IMG/VR virus record: IMGVR_UViG_3300032138_000524
Span: 67,841-131,840 of that record
Length of the DNA stretch: 64,000 nucleotides
Direction: 5' to 3' (one strand)
From: a virus
Lineage: Duplodnaviria > Caudoviricetes
Below, one piece after another: positions 19,809-29,275 of this stretch. Each line of letters begins with the position of its first letter. Position 1 is the stretch's first letter. The notes beneath the pieces are model-generated. The model saw only the letters and a list, made by a program, of their open reading frames with translations, searched no databases and was not told the origin of the DNA. A program made the translations under genes and the position numbers.

Positions 19809-20536
19809 TGATTAAAAAACTCTATACCATTGGAGACAGTTGGACATATGGAGATGAATTAGAAAATCCTGAAACAGAATGTTATCCGTATTTGTTATCA
19901 CAGGAGTTTAATTGTGAACTTATAAATAAGGCAATATGTGGAGGCCCCAACGATTGGATGTTTAGAAAAACAATAGAATGGGTTTGTAGTCAAGAAAATC
20001 TTGATGATGTGATTGTGATTGTGGGTTGGAGTCCAGTAAATCGTAGAGAAGAAAATTATAAAACTTATCACGGAGCATATCAAGATGATGAAATAGATAA
20101 ATTTATTTTTAGTAAGTTATCAAATAATGAATTAGAACATTATAAGTCAATTTGTTATATGATTTCCTTACAGGAGTTTTTAAAATCTAAAAATGTGAAG
20201 TATTTATTTTATCAGTCGTGGTATGATATACTTGATTGTGAAGAAAAATTACTTAGGGGTAGACAACAACAAGAGAGAATGAAATGGTTATTTAAGAATG
20301 ATGTCAGAGATGATTATGATAAGAGTTGTTATACTAATGAATTAACAATTGGTAAAATTATAGATAAAGTTGATAAAAAATATGTAGTAGGTCCATCGGT
20401 AGATGATGTTAAACGAATAATGAGTGGTATTTATGGTAGAAATAAAGATGGTAAGAAAAAAATGCATCCTAATAAAAATGACCATAAAGTGATGTGTGAA
20501 TTTATTAAGGAAAAGTTAATGGAGTTATATTCATGA
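19808..20536 (+). CDS. SGNH-hydrolase-like protein
   Basis: GDSWTYG, N.A..G.PND, C-terminal HPN; paralog of 29850. Confidence 0.75.
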   Translation: MIKKLYTIGDSWTYGDELENPETECYPYLLSQEFNCELINKAICGGPNDWMFRKTIEWVCSQENLDDVIVIVGWSPVNRREENYKTYHGAYQDDEIDKFIFSKLSNNELEHYKSICYMISLQEFLKSKNVKYLFYQSWYDILDCEEKLLRGRQQQERMKWLFKNDVRDDYDKSCYTNELTIGKIIDKVDKKYVVGPSVDDVKRIMSGIYGRNKDGKKKMHPNKNDHKVMCEFIKEKLMELYS

Positions 20537-21132
20537 TTGATCTTGAAAATATATCGTTAGATATATCCAATTCTTGGGTAGCAAACAATATGTTAACTGA
20601 TGCGAATAGAGGAACTTTTGTTGCTTTTGATTGGAGAAAAGAAGAAGGAGAATATTATTTAACTGAAATTAATACTAATATCGATTTGGGTATATTTGAA
20701 TGTGAATATTTTAAATTTGATGTCTTTATAAAATTTTTAAAAGAGAACAATTTTAACTTCGTGTTGGGATTAAGAAACAATGATTTTTTTAATAATCCAT
20801 CAGAGGAATGGACAGATAAATTAAAGGAATCATTAGAATCTAATGAAATGGAGTATGATGAATATATAACAGATAAATGGCCAAGTCCTATTCCAGACTT
20901 TGATGTACCAGATAATGTTTTTGTTCTAAGATATGCATATGACGAATACTGTAAGGTAGATAAACTTGCATCATCATCATATTCATTTAAAAGTTGGATA
21001 GAAAAGAGTTATTGGAGTGGATACTATAAAAAAATTGAATCTGAAGAAGTAGTAAGAGTTACAGTTTTTTGTAGTATGATAGAAAATTTTATTTTAAAGG
21101 GAAGAACCTATAAGATGTTGTTTAAAAAATAA
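20533..21132 (+). CDS. Hypothetical protein with ATP-grasp-like D...ExN motif near N-terminus
   Basis: FVAFDW...YYLTEINTN. Confidence 0.45.
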   Translation: MIDLENISLDISNSWVANNMLTDANRGTFVAFDWRKEEGEYYLTEINTNIDLGIFECEYFKFDVFIKFLKENNFNFVLGLRNNDFFNNPSEEWTDKLKESLESNEMEYDEYITDKWPSPIPDFDVPDNVFVLRYAYDEYCKVDKLASSSYSFKSWIEKSYWSGYYKKIESEEVVRVTVFCSMIENFILKGRTYKMLFKK

Positions 21133-21141
21133 AAGGATACA

Positions 21142-22314
21142 ATGATAAAATTTTATTTTGATTTAAAGGGTTATATAGAATATAAAGTTTCAGATGAAAT
21201 TAAAAAAATAGAAGTTATTGATCAACAAAAACTTCAAGATGGAATAGAAACATTTCAGGGTGAATTAGATTGGAAAGAAATGTGGACGGTAGATGATTCA
21301 GAAAAACGATTGGAAGATGGTTGGTGGTTTTATGTCGTAGAAAAAGATGATAAATATATTGGTTGGGCGTGGTTTGATACTGAAACAAAAAGGTTTTGTA
21401 ATTTATATGTTCATAAAGATTATAGAGATAGTGGATATGGTAAAGAATTGGTATATGCACGATTGAATGAATGTAAGAAACAAAATATTGAAAAGGTTTG
21501 GATGGAAGTGGATTCTTGGAATATACCTATTCAAAAAATTGGTCAAGAACTTGGATGGACACCAAAGATACATTATACATTTTGGACAGGAGGATATGAT
21601 ACAACTTTTTATGTATGTAAACTTTTGACAGAGGGAGAATTAGTTCAACCTATTTATATTGATGATAGGATAGATCATGGCGGTTATCATGCTAACCCAC
21701 TTATAGTCCAAAGAGGAGAAACTGATAAATATCCAAGAAATTCATTTGATATAGAACAAGAAAGAATGGAGTGGTTACGAAAGAAAATTTATAAAACTAT
21801 TCCAAATTCTGAAGAAAATTTTTTGAAAATGATGTTTATTGATAAACCTATAAATGAATATCCAGAAATAAGTAAAACTGTTGAAAAATATAATGAATGG
21901 ATTCCAGAAACTATACATAAAACTAAAAATAATGAATCATCTTGGTTAGAGGTACAAGCAGATATTGTATTACGATTTCAAAAAGAATTTGGATTGGAAA
22001 TAGAATATCCGATAGAATATATAGAAGATGATTGGTATGAAATCATAGATTGTGCAATAGAAGATGGTAAATTTTATTCTGAAAGGTTACCAGAAAAATA
22101 TAAAGATTTAAAAGTGTTTGGGGGATTTTCTTATCCATCAAGACACTTGACACGAGAAGATATGTTAGAGGTGGCAGAAAAGATGGGGTTTGATGATTTG
22201 TTATATTATACTTGGACGTGTTGGTATCCAACAGATAAAGGTGAACCTTGTGGTAAATGTAAAATATGTAAGGAGAGAATAATAGAATGTCGGAGTATTG
22301 GGGACATCACTTAA
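21142..22314 (+). CDS. GNAT acyltransferase fused to QueC-like PP-loop ATPase
   Basis: LYVHKDYRDSGYG (GNAT); WTGGYDTT PP-loop; TWTCWYP...PCGKCKICKER Zn motif. Confidence 0.8.
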   Translation: MIKFYFDLKGYIEYKVSDEIKKIEVIDQQKLQDGIETFQGELDWKEMWTVDDSEKRLEDGWWFYVVEKDDKYIGWAWFDTETKRFCNLYVHKDYRDSGYGKELVYARLNECKKQNIEKVWMEVDSWNIPIQKIGQELGWTPKIHYTFWTGGYDTTFYVCKLLTEGELVQPIYIDDRIDHGGYHANPLIVQRGETDKYPRNSFDIEQERMEWLRKKIYKTIPNSEENFLKMMFIDKPINEYPEISKTVEKYNEWIPETIHKTKNNESSWLEVQADIVLRFQKEFGLEIEYPIEYIEDDWYEIIDCAIEDGKFYSERLPEKYKDLKVFGGFSYPSRHLTREDMLEVAEKMGFDDLLYYTWTCWYPTDKGEPCGKCKICKERIIECRSIGDIT

Positions 22315-22646
22315 TACTTGATTGTAAATCAGGTAGTAAGAAGTTAATTAGTGATAAACAAAATCTAAAAAATTTTGTTGATGAACTTGTGAATAGAATA
22401 GATATGGTCGCTGTCGGTGAACCAATTATAAAATATCTGGCTTCTAATGCCGTGGATAAGGCGGGATATAGTCTTGTTCAATTAATAGAGACAAGTTCTA
22501 TTGTTGGACATTTTATAAACAGTAGTGGTGATTTTTATTTAGATGTATTTAGTTGTAAAGAATTTGAAATAGAGAAGGTTACAGAGTGTGTGGATCAATT
22601 TTTTTCACCGCTTGAAACAAAAAGTAGATACTTATTAAGAGAATAA
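22287..22646 (+). CDS. speD: S-adenosylmethionine decarboxylase proenzyme
   Basis: GHHLILDC, GYSLVQLIETSSI.GH, YLDVFSCK. Confidence 0.85.
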   Translation: MSEYWGHHLILDCKSGSKKLISDKQNLKNFVDELVNRIDMVAVGEPIIKYLASNAVDKAGYSLVQLIETSSIVGHFINSSGDFYLDVFSCKEFEIEKVTECVDQFFSPLETKSRYLLRE

Positions 22647-22663
22647 AATAAGGAGAAGTTACA

Positions 22664-23485
22664 ATGAATAAAATAATAAGGTTATTGTTGATAGGAATGG
22701 TTTCAATACTATCAGCCCAAACCGCAACAATCAAAAATAGTATAGTAGGATATTCTACATTAGGAGATACAGTTTCTTTTGATAAACCATATCTTTGGTC
22801 ATTCATTAAAAGTGATGATTCAAAATGGATGGCATCAATATTTGTAGAAGCACCTTGGAGTGACGAGTCAGTATATGTTGAGGAGTTGTTCTATAAACCG
22901 TATAGTGATAAATTTACTATTGGTTTAGGACGACAGGCAATTCCATTTGGTTCTAATGTTCCATATCTTGATTTAACAAGAGGAGATAAGTTTACTTATC
23001 AGACACCAACAGAACACGATGTTGGTTTGTTATATTTTGGTGATGGAGTTAGTGCATATGGTGGAATTGGAGATTTCTTTATTGAAACATATTATGGTTC
23101 AGATATTGAAAATGGTTGGGAATCACTTTCAACTGCCCGATTAAGTTATGAATGGAAAGACCACTTTGTAGGATTTTCATATGATAATCAAGAACGGGCG
23201 GTAATTGATGTAAGTGGATATACTAAATATGTTGATTATGTTAGTGAAGTTAGTTTAGTTAATGACTATCAATGGATTAGAGCAATAGTGAAACCTGGTT
23301 TGTATGGTGTTTCTTTATTGACGGGATATGAAATAACTAATGGTGAAAGTCAGGCACTTTATGGTCTTGTGTGGCAATATGGAGAACCTAATCGTTTCCT
23401 TTCCGCTGAATTAAGTGGTGAAGGTGATGTAAGGGTTAAATTGTATTATGGTTTTAACTTAAATATAGGAAAAGAAAATGAATAA
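22664..23485 (+). CDS. Secreted beta-barrel/porin-like protein
   Basis: Signal peptide, GRQAIPFG motif, amphipathic aromatic-rich beta strands. Confidence 0.6.
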   Translation: MNKIIRLLLIGMVSILSAQTATIKNSIVGYSTLGDTVSFDKPYLWSFIKSDDSKWMASIFVEAPWSDESVYVEELFYKPYSDKFTIGLGRQAIPFGSNVPYLDLTRGDKFTYQTPTEHDVGLLYFGDGVSAYGGIGDFFIETYYGSDIENGWESLSTARLSYEWKDHFVGFSYDNQERAVIDVSGYTKYVDYVSEVSLVNDYQWIRAIVKPGLYGVSLLTGYEITNGESQALYGLVWQYGEPNRFLSAELSGEGDVRVKLYYGFNLNIGKENE

Positions 23486-24386
23486 GTTTTTAAAAGGATT
23501 TTTAGCAATAACAGCTGCAGTATTCGCTTGGTCAACCCTTGAGGTTACTGGTAGTTTTATATTCGCTGAAGGAGCAGGACCCGTATCGGTATTGTCGGTT
23601 AGATTTCTAATCGCCACACTATTGTTTGCTGGGGTAATGTTATGGAAGAAACAAACAACAGGTGAAAATCTATTCGCCGTGGAAAAGGAAGATAGGAAGA
23701 AATTTCTATTAAATGGTGTAATATTGGCAGCACACTTGTTAGTGTATTGGTTCGCTTGGGAATTACTCGACCCGAACCTACCTGTTATTTACGCACTATT
23801 CTATATATATCCATTTATATTGTGTTTGATTTCCATATTTTACTATGGAGAGAAGTTCAGTAAAAATAGAAAACTCGCATTAGGATTGGGAACTCTTGGT
23901 TGTGCGTTCGCTATTGAATTGATACCAGCATTCTCACTTGAAGCCCTAAACACCAAAGGTGTATTATTGGGTGTGGCAGCTGGATTATCTTGGGTAGCAT
24001 ACTTGTTAGTAGGACAAGACATAATGAGAAAATATAAACCACTTACGATTGTATTTTATGACTTTCTACAAGTGTTTGTTTATGTTTCATTATTCCAATC
24101 CCCCATGACAACACTTTCAGAGGTAACATTTAACGGATTACTGGCAATCACTTACATTTCAGTAGTGGCAAGTTTTATTGCTTATCTATGTTATTGGATA
24201 GCAGTTAAGAATATTGGAGCAACCAACACAGGAATTGCTGAATTGGGAACACCGATATTTGGAGTAACACTCGGTTACTTTTTCTTAGCTATGTCACCAT
24301 CATTGTGGCAGATAGCTGGACTTGTGATGATTTCAAGTGGATTGTACTTAATCTACAATGAAAAACAAGTCGTATATGACCAATGA
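23478..24386 (+). CDS. EamA/DMT family transporter
   Basis: About 10 hydrophobic helices, two EamA repeats, RFLIA and PIFGVTLGYFFL. Confidence 0.9.
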   Translation: MNKFLKGFLAITAAVFAWSTLEVTGSFIFAEGAGPVSVLSVRFLIATLLFAGVMLWKKQTTGENLFAVEKEDRKKFLLNGVILAAHLLVYWFAWELLDPNLPVIYALFYIYPFILCLISIFYYGEKFSKNRKLALGLGTLGCAFAIELIPAFSLEALNTKGVLLGVAAGLSWVAYLLVGQDIMRKYKPLTIVFYDFLQVFVYVSLFQSPMTTLSEVTFNGLLAITYISVVASFIAYLCYWIAVKNIGATNTGIAELGTPIFGVTLGYFFLAMSPSLWQIAGLVMISSGLYLIYNEKQVVYDQ

Positions 24387-25098
24387 TCCTCAAATCTATG
24401 ATCCCCTTATAATTGAATTAGATGAATATTTAGATTTATCTAATTTTAATTTATGTGTTCAAGAGTTTAAAGATACATTTGATAAAATACCGAATGATTA
24501 TATAACTATTGGCCAATTTACTCCAGATGCATCAGTTGAAGATCCAGTTGATGCTAAAACAATTAATTTAAGAGTACTTAAAAATTATGAAGATAGGAAT
24601 GATTGGTCTTTAATTGATAAAGAGGAAAGGTTTAAAGATGGATTTACTTATAACTTATTTCCAAACATTAGAGAATTTGTTTCCCAGTTACCATTTAAAA
24701 GTATAGGTAGAATCTTTATCAGTTTTACAGAAAATGGAACAGACATAACACCACACGCTGGATTTACTCCAGAAGTTCAAAAGACTTGGAGACAAGAATT
24801 CTTGTGGTTTAGTTTGATTGGTAATAAAAGAATGTGGGCTACTAACTATGACAATACTTTGGAATTCTATAAAAATGGTTTTGTATTAGAGGATAGATTT
24901 GAAAAAGTATATTCTAAGGGAATATCTTGTAGATTTAATCCAGTTATGTTACATGGCGTAAAATGTGGAGATGATTTTTCTGCAAGTTTAAGAGTAGATG
25001 GAGAATATACAAGAGAGTTTAGGAAAAAGATATTTGGTGACGGTGAGTGGAGAACAGAATTTACTCATGTAGATGAAAAACATTTACGGAGTAATTAG
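24376..25098 (+). CDS. Asp/Asn beta-hydroxylase-like double-stranded beta-helix oxygenase
   Basis: LPFKSIGRI, ITPH, LHGV, SLRVDG; paralog of 30515, but the HxD Asp is replaced (PHAG). Confidence 0.55.
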   Translation: MTNDPQIYDPLIIELDEYLDLSNFNLCVQEFKDTFDKIPNDYITIGQFTPDASVEDPVDAKTINLRVLKNYEDRNDWSLIDKEERFKDGFTYNLFPNIREFVSQLPFKSIGRIFISFTENGTDITPHAGFTPEVQKTWRQEFLWFSLIGNKRMWATNYDNTLEFYKNGFVLEDRFEKVYSKGISCRFNPVMLHGVKCGDDFSASLRVDGEYTREFRKKIFGDGEWRTEFTHVDEKHLRSN

Positions 25099-25100
25099 GT

Positions 25101-25601
25101 ATGACCAATGATGAAAAATATATATTAGAATGGTATAGAAATAAAATATGGGCAAAACCATTTCTATCTAAAATATGTAATGGAATTGGAATGATTGCCA
25201 TTCGTGATATACCTAAAGGAACGAGTATATTTGATTTAGCAGAAAAGAGTGTATACGGTTGGATTCCTTGGGGCAAGGCAAGGTCAATACCAAGAGAAGT
25301 TTTAGAATGGGTATTGGAGTGTCAACCACAACTTGGTGATAAAGTGGTGGATGTTGAAACACTACATAATGAATTTTTCAATGATGAACATGAATCTATG
25401 TTTGGATATACACAACAAGGAATGAATTGGCAAACAACTTGGTATTACGTTAACCATTCATCAGACAATTCTAATGTAGCTGCACATTCAACTGGTCATC
25501 CAAGAGTTCAAAAGTATATCACTCTTAAAGATATTTATAAGGGAGAAGAAATATTAGAGGATTATAATGGATATACAAAAGAATGGAAATTAGATATTTA
25601 G
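25101..25601 (+). CDS. SET-domain protein-lysine methyltransferase
   Basis: GIGMIAIRDIPKG, YVNHS, KDIYKGEEILEDY. Confidence 0.85.
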   Translation: MTNDEKYILEWYRNKIWAKPFLSKICNGIGMIAIRDIPKGTSIFDLAEKSVYGWIPWGKARSIPREVLEWVLECQPQLGDKVVDVETLHNEFFNDEHESMFGYTQQGMNWQTTWYYVNHSSDNSNVAAHSTGHPRVQKYITLKDIYKGEEILEDYNGYTKEWKLDI

Positions 25602-26425
25602 ATTTAAAAGAAATTTCACCTGAGGTTTATACATCACTTTGGGAATACGATAGAGTTATTCAACTTGAAGAACCAACTTTTATAAAATTTTCCCCAAAAG
25701 ATACAATTATTCAGTTTTGGCAAGGCCCATATTGGGATAGTGGTAGTGAATCTTGGAAAGAAGATTATACCAATATGGAAGTGTTTTATAATTCAGATAT
25801 TATCCGTGATGAGATTAAAACAAGGTGTTATATTCCGATTGAAATTCCATATAGTGCAGATGTATCATATTATATAGCATCCAAATATGGAACAGATTTT
25901 ATTGTATTTGTGCCCAATTCAAATATACAGAAGAGGTCTGAATTAGATTCTGTTTTTAGACATTTACTTTCTGATTTAATAACCAATAGAAATATTAAAA
26001 GTAAAGTAGAAGGTAATGATGTTTTTTATGAAAAAGATGGTATGTTTAAAAAGTTTTCAGGATCTATATATAGACCAGCAAGTAATGAATATGGATATGT
26101 TGATAATGGGATAACCTATAAATTTAATTCTGAGTTGGCTAATAGATTAAGAAGAGTAAAAACTGATGGCATTAATATTAAAAAATTTGAAGTAGATGAT
26201 ATATCAGATGCGGTAGGTGGGCTATGGGAAGTAGATCCTACTATAGATAGAGATAAATTAGATTTTGAAGTAGTTCAAGAAATGTCAAATCATTTAGGAT
26301 ATACGATAAGACATGATATTTTGACAAATAAAGAAGAAGATTTATTATTTGAGAGAGGACATAGGAGAATGACAGAAAAAGAATGGTATTTATATGGGAA
26401 TAATGACATATTTGATATTTATTAG
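25583..26425 (+). CDS. Lipoate-protein ligase (BPL/LplA/LipB) homologue
   Basis: GNDV...KKFSGS motif and C-terminal EWYLY; RR.SGGG motif absent. Confidence 0.6.
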   Translation: MEIRYLDLKEISPEVYTSLWEYDRVIQLEEPTFIKFSPKDTIIQFWQGPYWDSGSESWKEDYTNMEVFYNSDIIRDEIKTRCYIPIEIPYSADVSYYIASKYGTDFIVFVPNSNIQKRSELDSVFRHLLSDLITNRNIKSKVEGNDVFYEKDGMFKKFSGSIYRPASNEYGYVDNGITYKFNSELANRLRRVKTDGINIKKFEVDDISDAVGGLWEVDPTIDRDKLDFEVVQEMSNHLGYTIRHDILTNKEEDLLFERGHRRMTEKEWYLYGNNDIFDIY

Positions 26426-26446
26426 TGAAATAAATTGGGAAAATAA

Positions 26447-26851
26447 ATGGATTTTAAAATAAATAATACATTTCGATACATATCAAGCAGTTCACTGGAT
26501 GATGTTATATATTCTGTTAGGTATTCTTTTGAAGAAAGTGGTTCTTCAGAACACACCACACTTTTGAATTATGAAACTCGTAGATTTTTTCATAATTGTG
26601 ATCCAGTTACTTATGAAAATTTTGTAGCATTTAATACTGCTACTTCATCATTGAAGGACTGGGTTCAGAGTTCACACGGAGAAAATTGGGGTTCATTTAC
26701 TGCGAGTGTTCAAACTTCGATGACTAACGCATTAAATTCCAGAACTTCTTCACCACCTACCGATGTAATGACTTGGAATTCTGGATCATTGGTATTGGAT
26801 GTTAAAGAAATAACAAGTGGGAGCCAACGCTCGGGCGAAGAATCGGAATAA
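26447..26851 (+). CDS. Ser/Thr-rich small protein, possibly virion/tail-associated
   Basis: LDDVIYSV and NFVAF...LKDWV pattern reminiscent of small phage tail-fibre-associated proteins; about 29% Ser+Thr. Confidence 0.55.
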   Translation: MDFKINNTFRYISSSSLDDVIYSVRYSFEESGSSEHTTLLNYETRRFFHNCDPVTYENFVAFNTATSSLKDWVQSSHGENWGSFTASVQTSMTNALNSRTSSPPTDVMTWNSGSLVLDVKEITSGSQRSGEESE

Positions 26852-26863
26852 CAGACCTTAATA

Positions 26864-28051
26864 ATGAGTAATTTACCAAAAGGTCAATGTTATACAGGTT
26901 ATTTGTTTGCTAGATTAGACGCGGGCGGTAACTATCATATTTGTTGTGGATCTATACCAGAAGGTGGTTCATATAAAGAAGATGGAAGATTTTTAAAGTA
27001 TTGGAAATCTGATAAACTTAAAAAGTTATTACATGGATTAAAAACAAATTTATTAAAATATAATTCTATGTGGGATAATGCATGTGATGATTGTCCTCAT
27101 GTTGTAAGTAATAATGAGATATATGACCACTTAGATGGTGTAAGAGAGTTGCCTAAAGAGTATGCAATGGATACTTATCTCGAATCATTTAAATCTGATG
27201 ATTTTACATTAGCTCCTGTATCTTTTTCTTTTGAGATTATAAATTCTTGTGACCATAGATGTAATTTTTGTTGGAATTGGTCATATGATATGTTAGATAA
27301 TAACGCACAATGGCCCGAGTGGAAATCTTGGACAAAAGAAAAAATATCATTTAAGATATTCAAAGAAACGATAGATGATTTAATAGAACTTGGTAGTCCA
27401 GCACCATTTGGTAGTGGACAGGGTGGATGTGAAGATATATTGATTTGTGGTGGTGGAGAACCATTTTTACATCCACAAATTATGGATATGGTATCTCATG
27501 TTAAGAATAATAATTTTTATTGTCAAGTTACAACAAATTTTAGTAATAGTATTACAGATGAAATAATAGACGAATTGATAGAATTACAGGCAAATCAATT
27601 AATAATCAATACTTCAGCAGGGACAGAAGAAACTTATTGTAAAACGAGAAAAGTTAAAAAATCAGCATGGGATAAGTTATTACATAATTTAAATTATATT
27701 AGTAATAGAAAGAAAGAAGTTGATTCGGTGAATCCAGAAGTTATAACTAAGTTTATTTTGACAAGAACAAATGTTCATGAGATAAGTGAAATGATAGATT
27801 TGGCAATTAAAACAAAAGCGGATACAATTACATTTAAAAGGTTTTTAGTAAATGATGTTTATAGTGGAAAAAATTTGACAGTAACAGATGAACAATATAA
27901 TAAATTTCGTCCAATTTTAGAGGATAAAATGGAACAATATGAATTTGAAAAAATAATAGACTATAATGGAATGTATAATTTTAATTATGTATCAAAAAAA
28001 TATAATGTTACTTTAAGAAGTGATATAACTGGATTTTTTAGTAATTCATGA
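26864..28051 (+). CDS. Radical SAM protein with N-terminal SPASM domain
   Basis: CYTG...ICC...CDDC, then CDHRCNFC, GGGEPFL, TTN. Confidence 0.85.
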   Translation: MSNLPKGQCYTGYLFARLDAGGNYHICCGSIPEGGSYKEDGRFLKYWKSDKLKKLLHGLKTNLLKYNSMWDNACDDCPHVVSNNEIYDHLDGVRELPKEYAMDTYLESFKSDDFTLAPVSFSFEIINSCDHRCNFCWNWSYDMLDNNAQWPEWKSWTKEKISFKIFKETIDDLIELGSPAPFGSGQGGCEDILICGGGEPFLHPQIMDMVSHVKNNNFYCQVTTNFSNSITDEIIDELIELQANQLIINTSAGTEETYCKTRKVKKSAWDKLLHNLNYISNRKKEVDSVNPEVITKFILTRTNVHEISEMIDLAIKTKADTITFKRFLVNDVYSGKNLTVTDEQYNKFRPILEDKMEQYEFEKIIDYNGMYNFNYVSKKYNVTLRSDITGFFSNS

Positions 28052-29262
28052 AAGAACAACGAAATATTTGGACAGATGTAAATGGTGAAAAGTTATCCAT
28101 GTGGACTGGTGAAGAATTGCCAATGTCAGAAGATAGCAAAGCTTATTGGGGATATAAACGAGAATATGGGTTTGGTCTTATGAATGTAGGAACACCATGT
28201 AATACTAAATGTTTTTATTGTTCTCAATATTGGAATCCACCTGATTTATTGGTGACTTATGGTAGTTGGCTCAGTATGGATCAGATAAAACATTTTCTTT
28301 CCTTTGTGCCATCAGATAAAGTAATTCATGCAATTGGATATGGACACCATGTAAATAATGGAGAGTTTTTTGCACATCCTAAGTCACTTGAGATAATGGA
28401 ATATTTACGAGATAATTATTATATTGTTAAGAACTTTGATACTAATGGGCATGATATAACTGAGGATCATGTAAAGGTATTAGCAGAATTAAAAAATAGT
28501 GCTTGGGGTGAAGATAGACATACAAGTTACTTATTCGGTGGCACAATATTCTGGGGTATTTATTTACATCTTACTAATTGGAAAAGAACAGAACCCACCT
28601 TAAAATTGTTAAATGAATATGATATACCCTTTCAGTGCACTATTGTACCATCACGAAAAGAAATTGAGATAGGTAGGATGGAAACTTGGATATCAAATTT
28701 ACAAAAATATAAACCAGAAGATATAGAAATTTCAATGCCGGCCTATACTAAATATACACCAGATAATATAGCGTATTTGATGGATTTGTCTTTTGATGAG
28801 ATGTGGCCAATCATTGATGGTTGGAGAGAAAAATACCCAGATGTAAAGATAACTTCTGAATCAACTATAAATATTGAACATATTCATAACGCATTGACTT
28901 GGTTAGAGTCTACCTATGCTGGAACAAAATCTAAACCACTTTTTTTGACATCAGAAGCAGTAGAGGGTGTTTTTGAAACAGAAGTCAAAAAACTTCAACG
29001 TGTTAGACACACATATAAGAGATTTGATGAGTATAGAGTTGTTACAACAAAAAATCATACATTCGGGGGTAATATTAAAGTAGGTGGTTTATTGTTGGTA
29101 GAAGATTATGATATAGCAATTGAGGAAACTTTATCAACTGGATATAAACCAGATTTAATTGTTATGCCAAAAACAAGTTATTGTTTTGATGATTTAGATT
29201 TAAGAGGAATTTCAGCACATAGTTTAGAAAAGAAATATGGGATTGAAGTTATATGGTGTTAG
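28048..29262 (+). CDS. Radical SAM protein with DUF512-like C-terminus
   Basis: CNTKCFYC; NHTFGGNIKVGGLLL..D C-terminal motif. Confidence 0.75.
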   Translation: MKEQRNIWTDVNGEKLSMWTGEELPMSEDSKAYWGYKREYGFGLMNVGTPCNTKCFYCSQYWNPPDLLVTYGSWLSMDQIKHFLSFVPSDKVIHAIGYGHHVNNGEFFAHPKSLEIMEYLRDNYYIVKNFDTNGHDITEDHVKVLAELKNSAWGEDRHTSYLFGGTIFWGIYLHLTNWKRTEPTLKLLNEYDIPFQCTIVPSRKEIEIGRMETWISNLQKYKPEDIEISMPAYTKYTPDNIAYLMDLSFDEMWPIIDGWREKYPDVKITSESTINIEHIHNALTWLESTYAGTKSKPLFLTSEAVEGVFETEVKKLQRVRHTYKRFDEYRVVTTKNHTFGGNIKVGGLLLVEDYDIAIEETLSTGYKPDLIVMPKTSYCFDDLDLRGISAHSLEKKYGIEVIWC

Positions 29263-29275
29263 GAAAAATTAAATA

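Noticed and set aside
21142-22314. Complete 7-deazaguanine DNA modification pathway
   Set aside because: folE, queD, a canonical queE and dpdA are not in this window.
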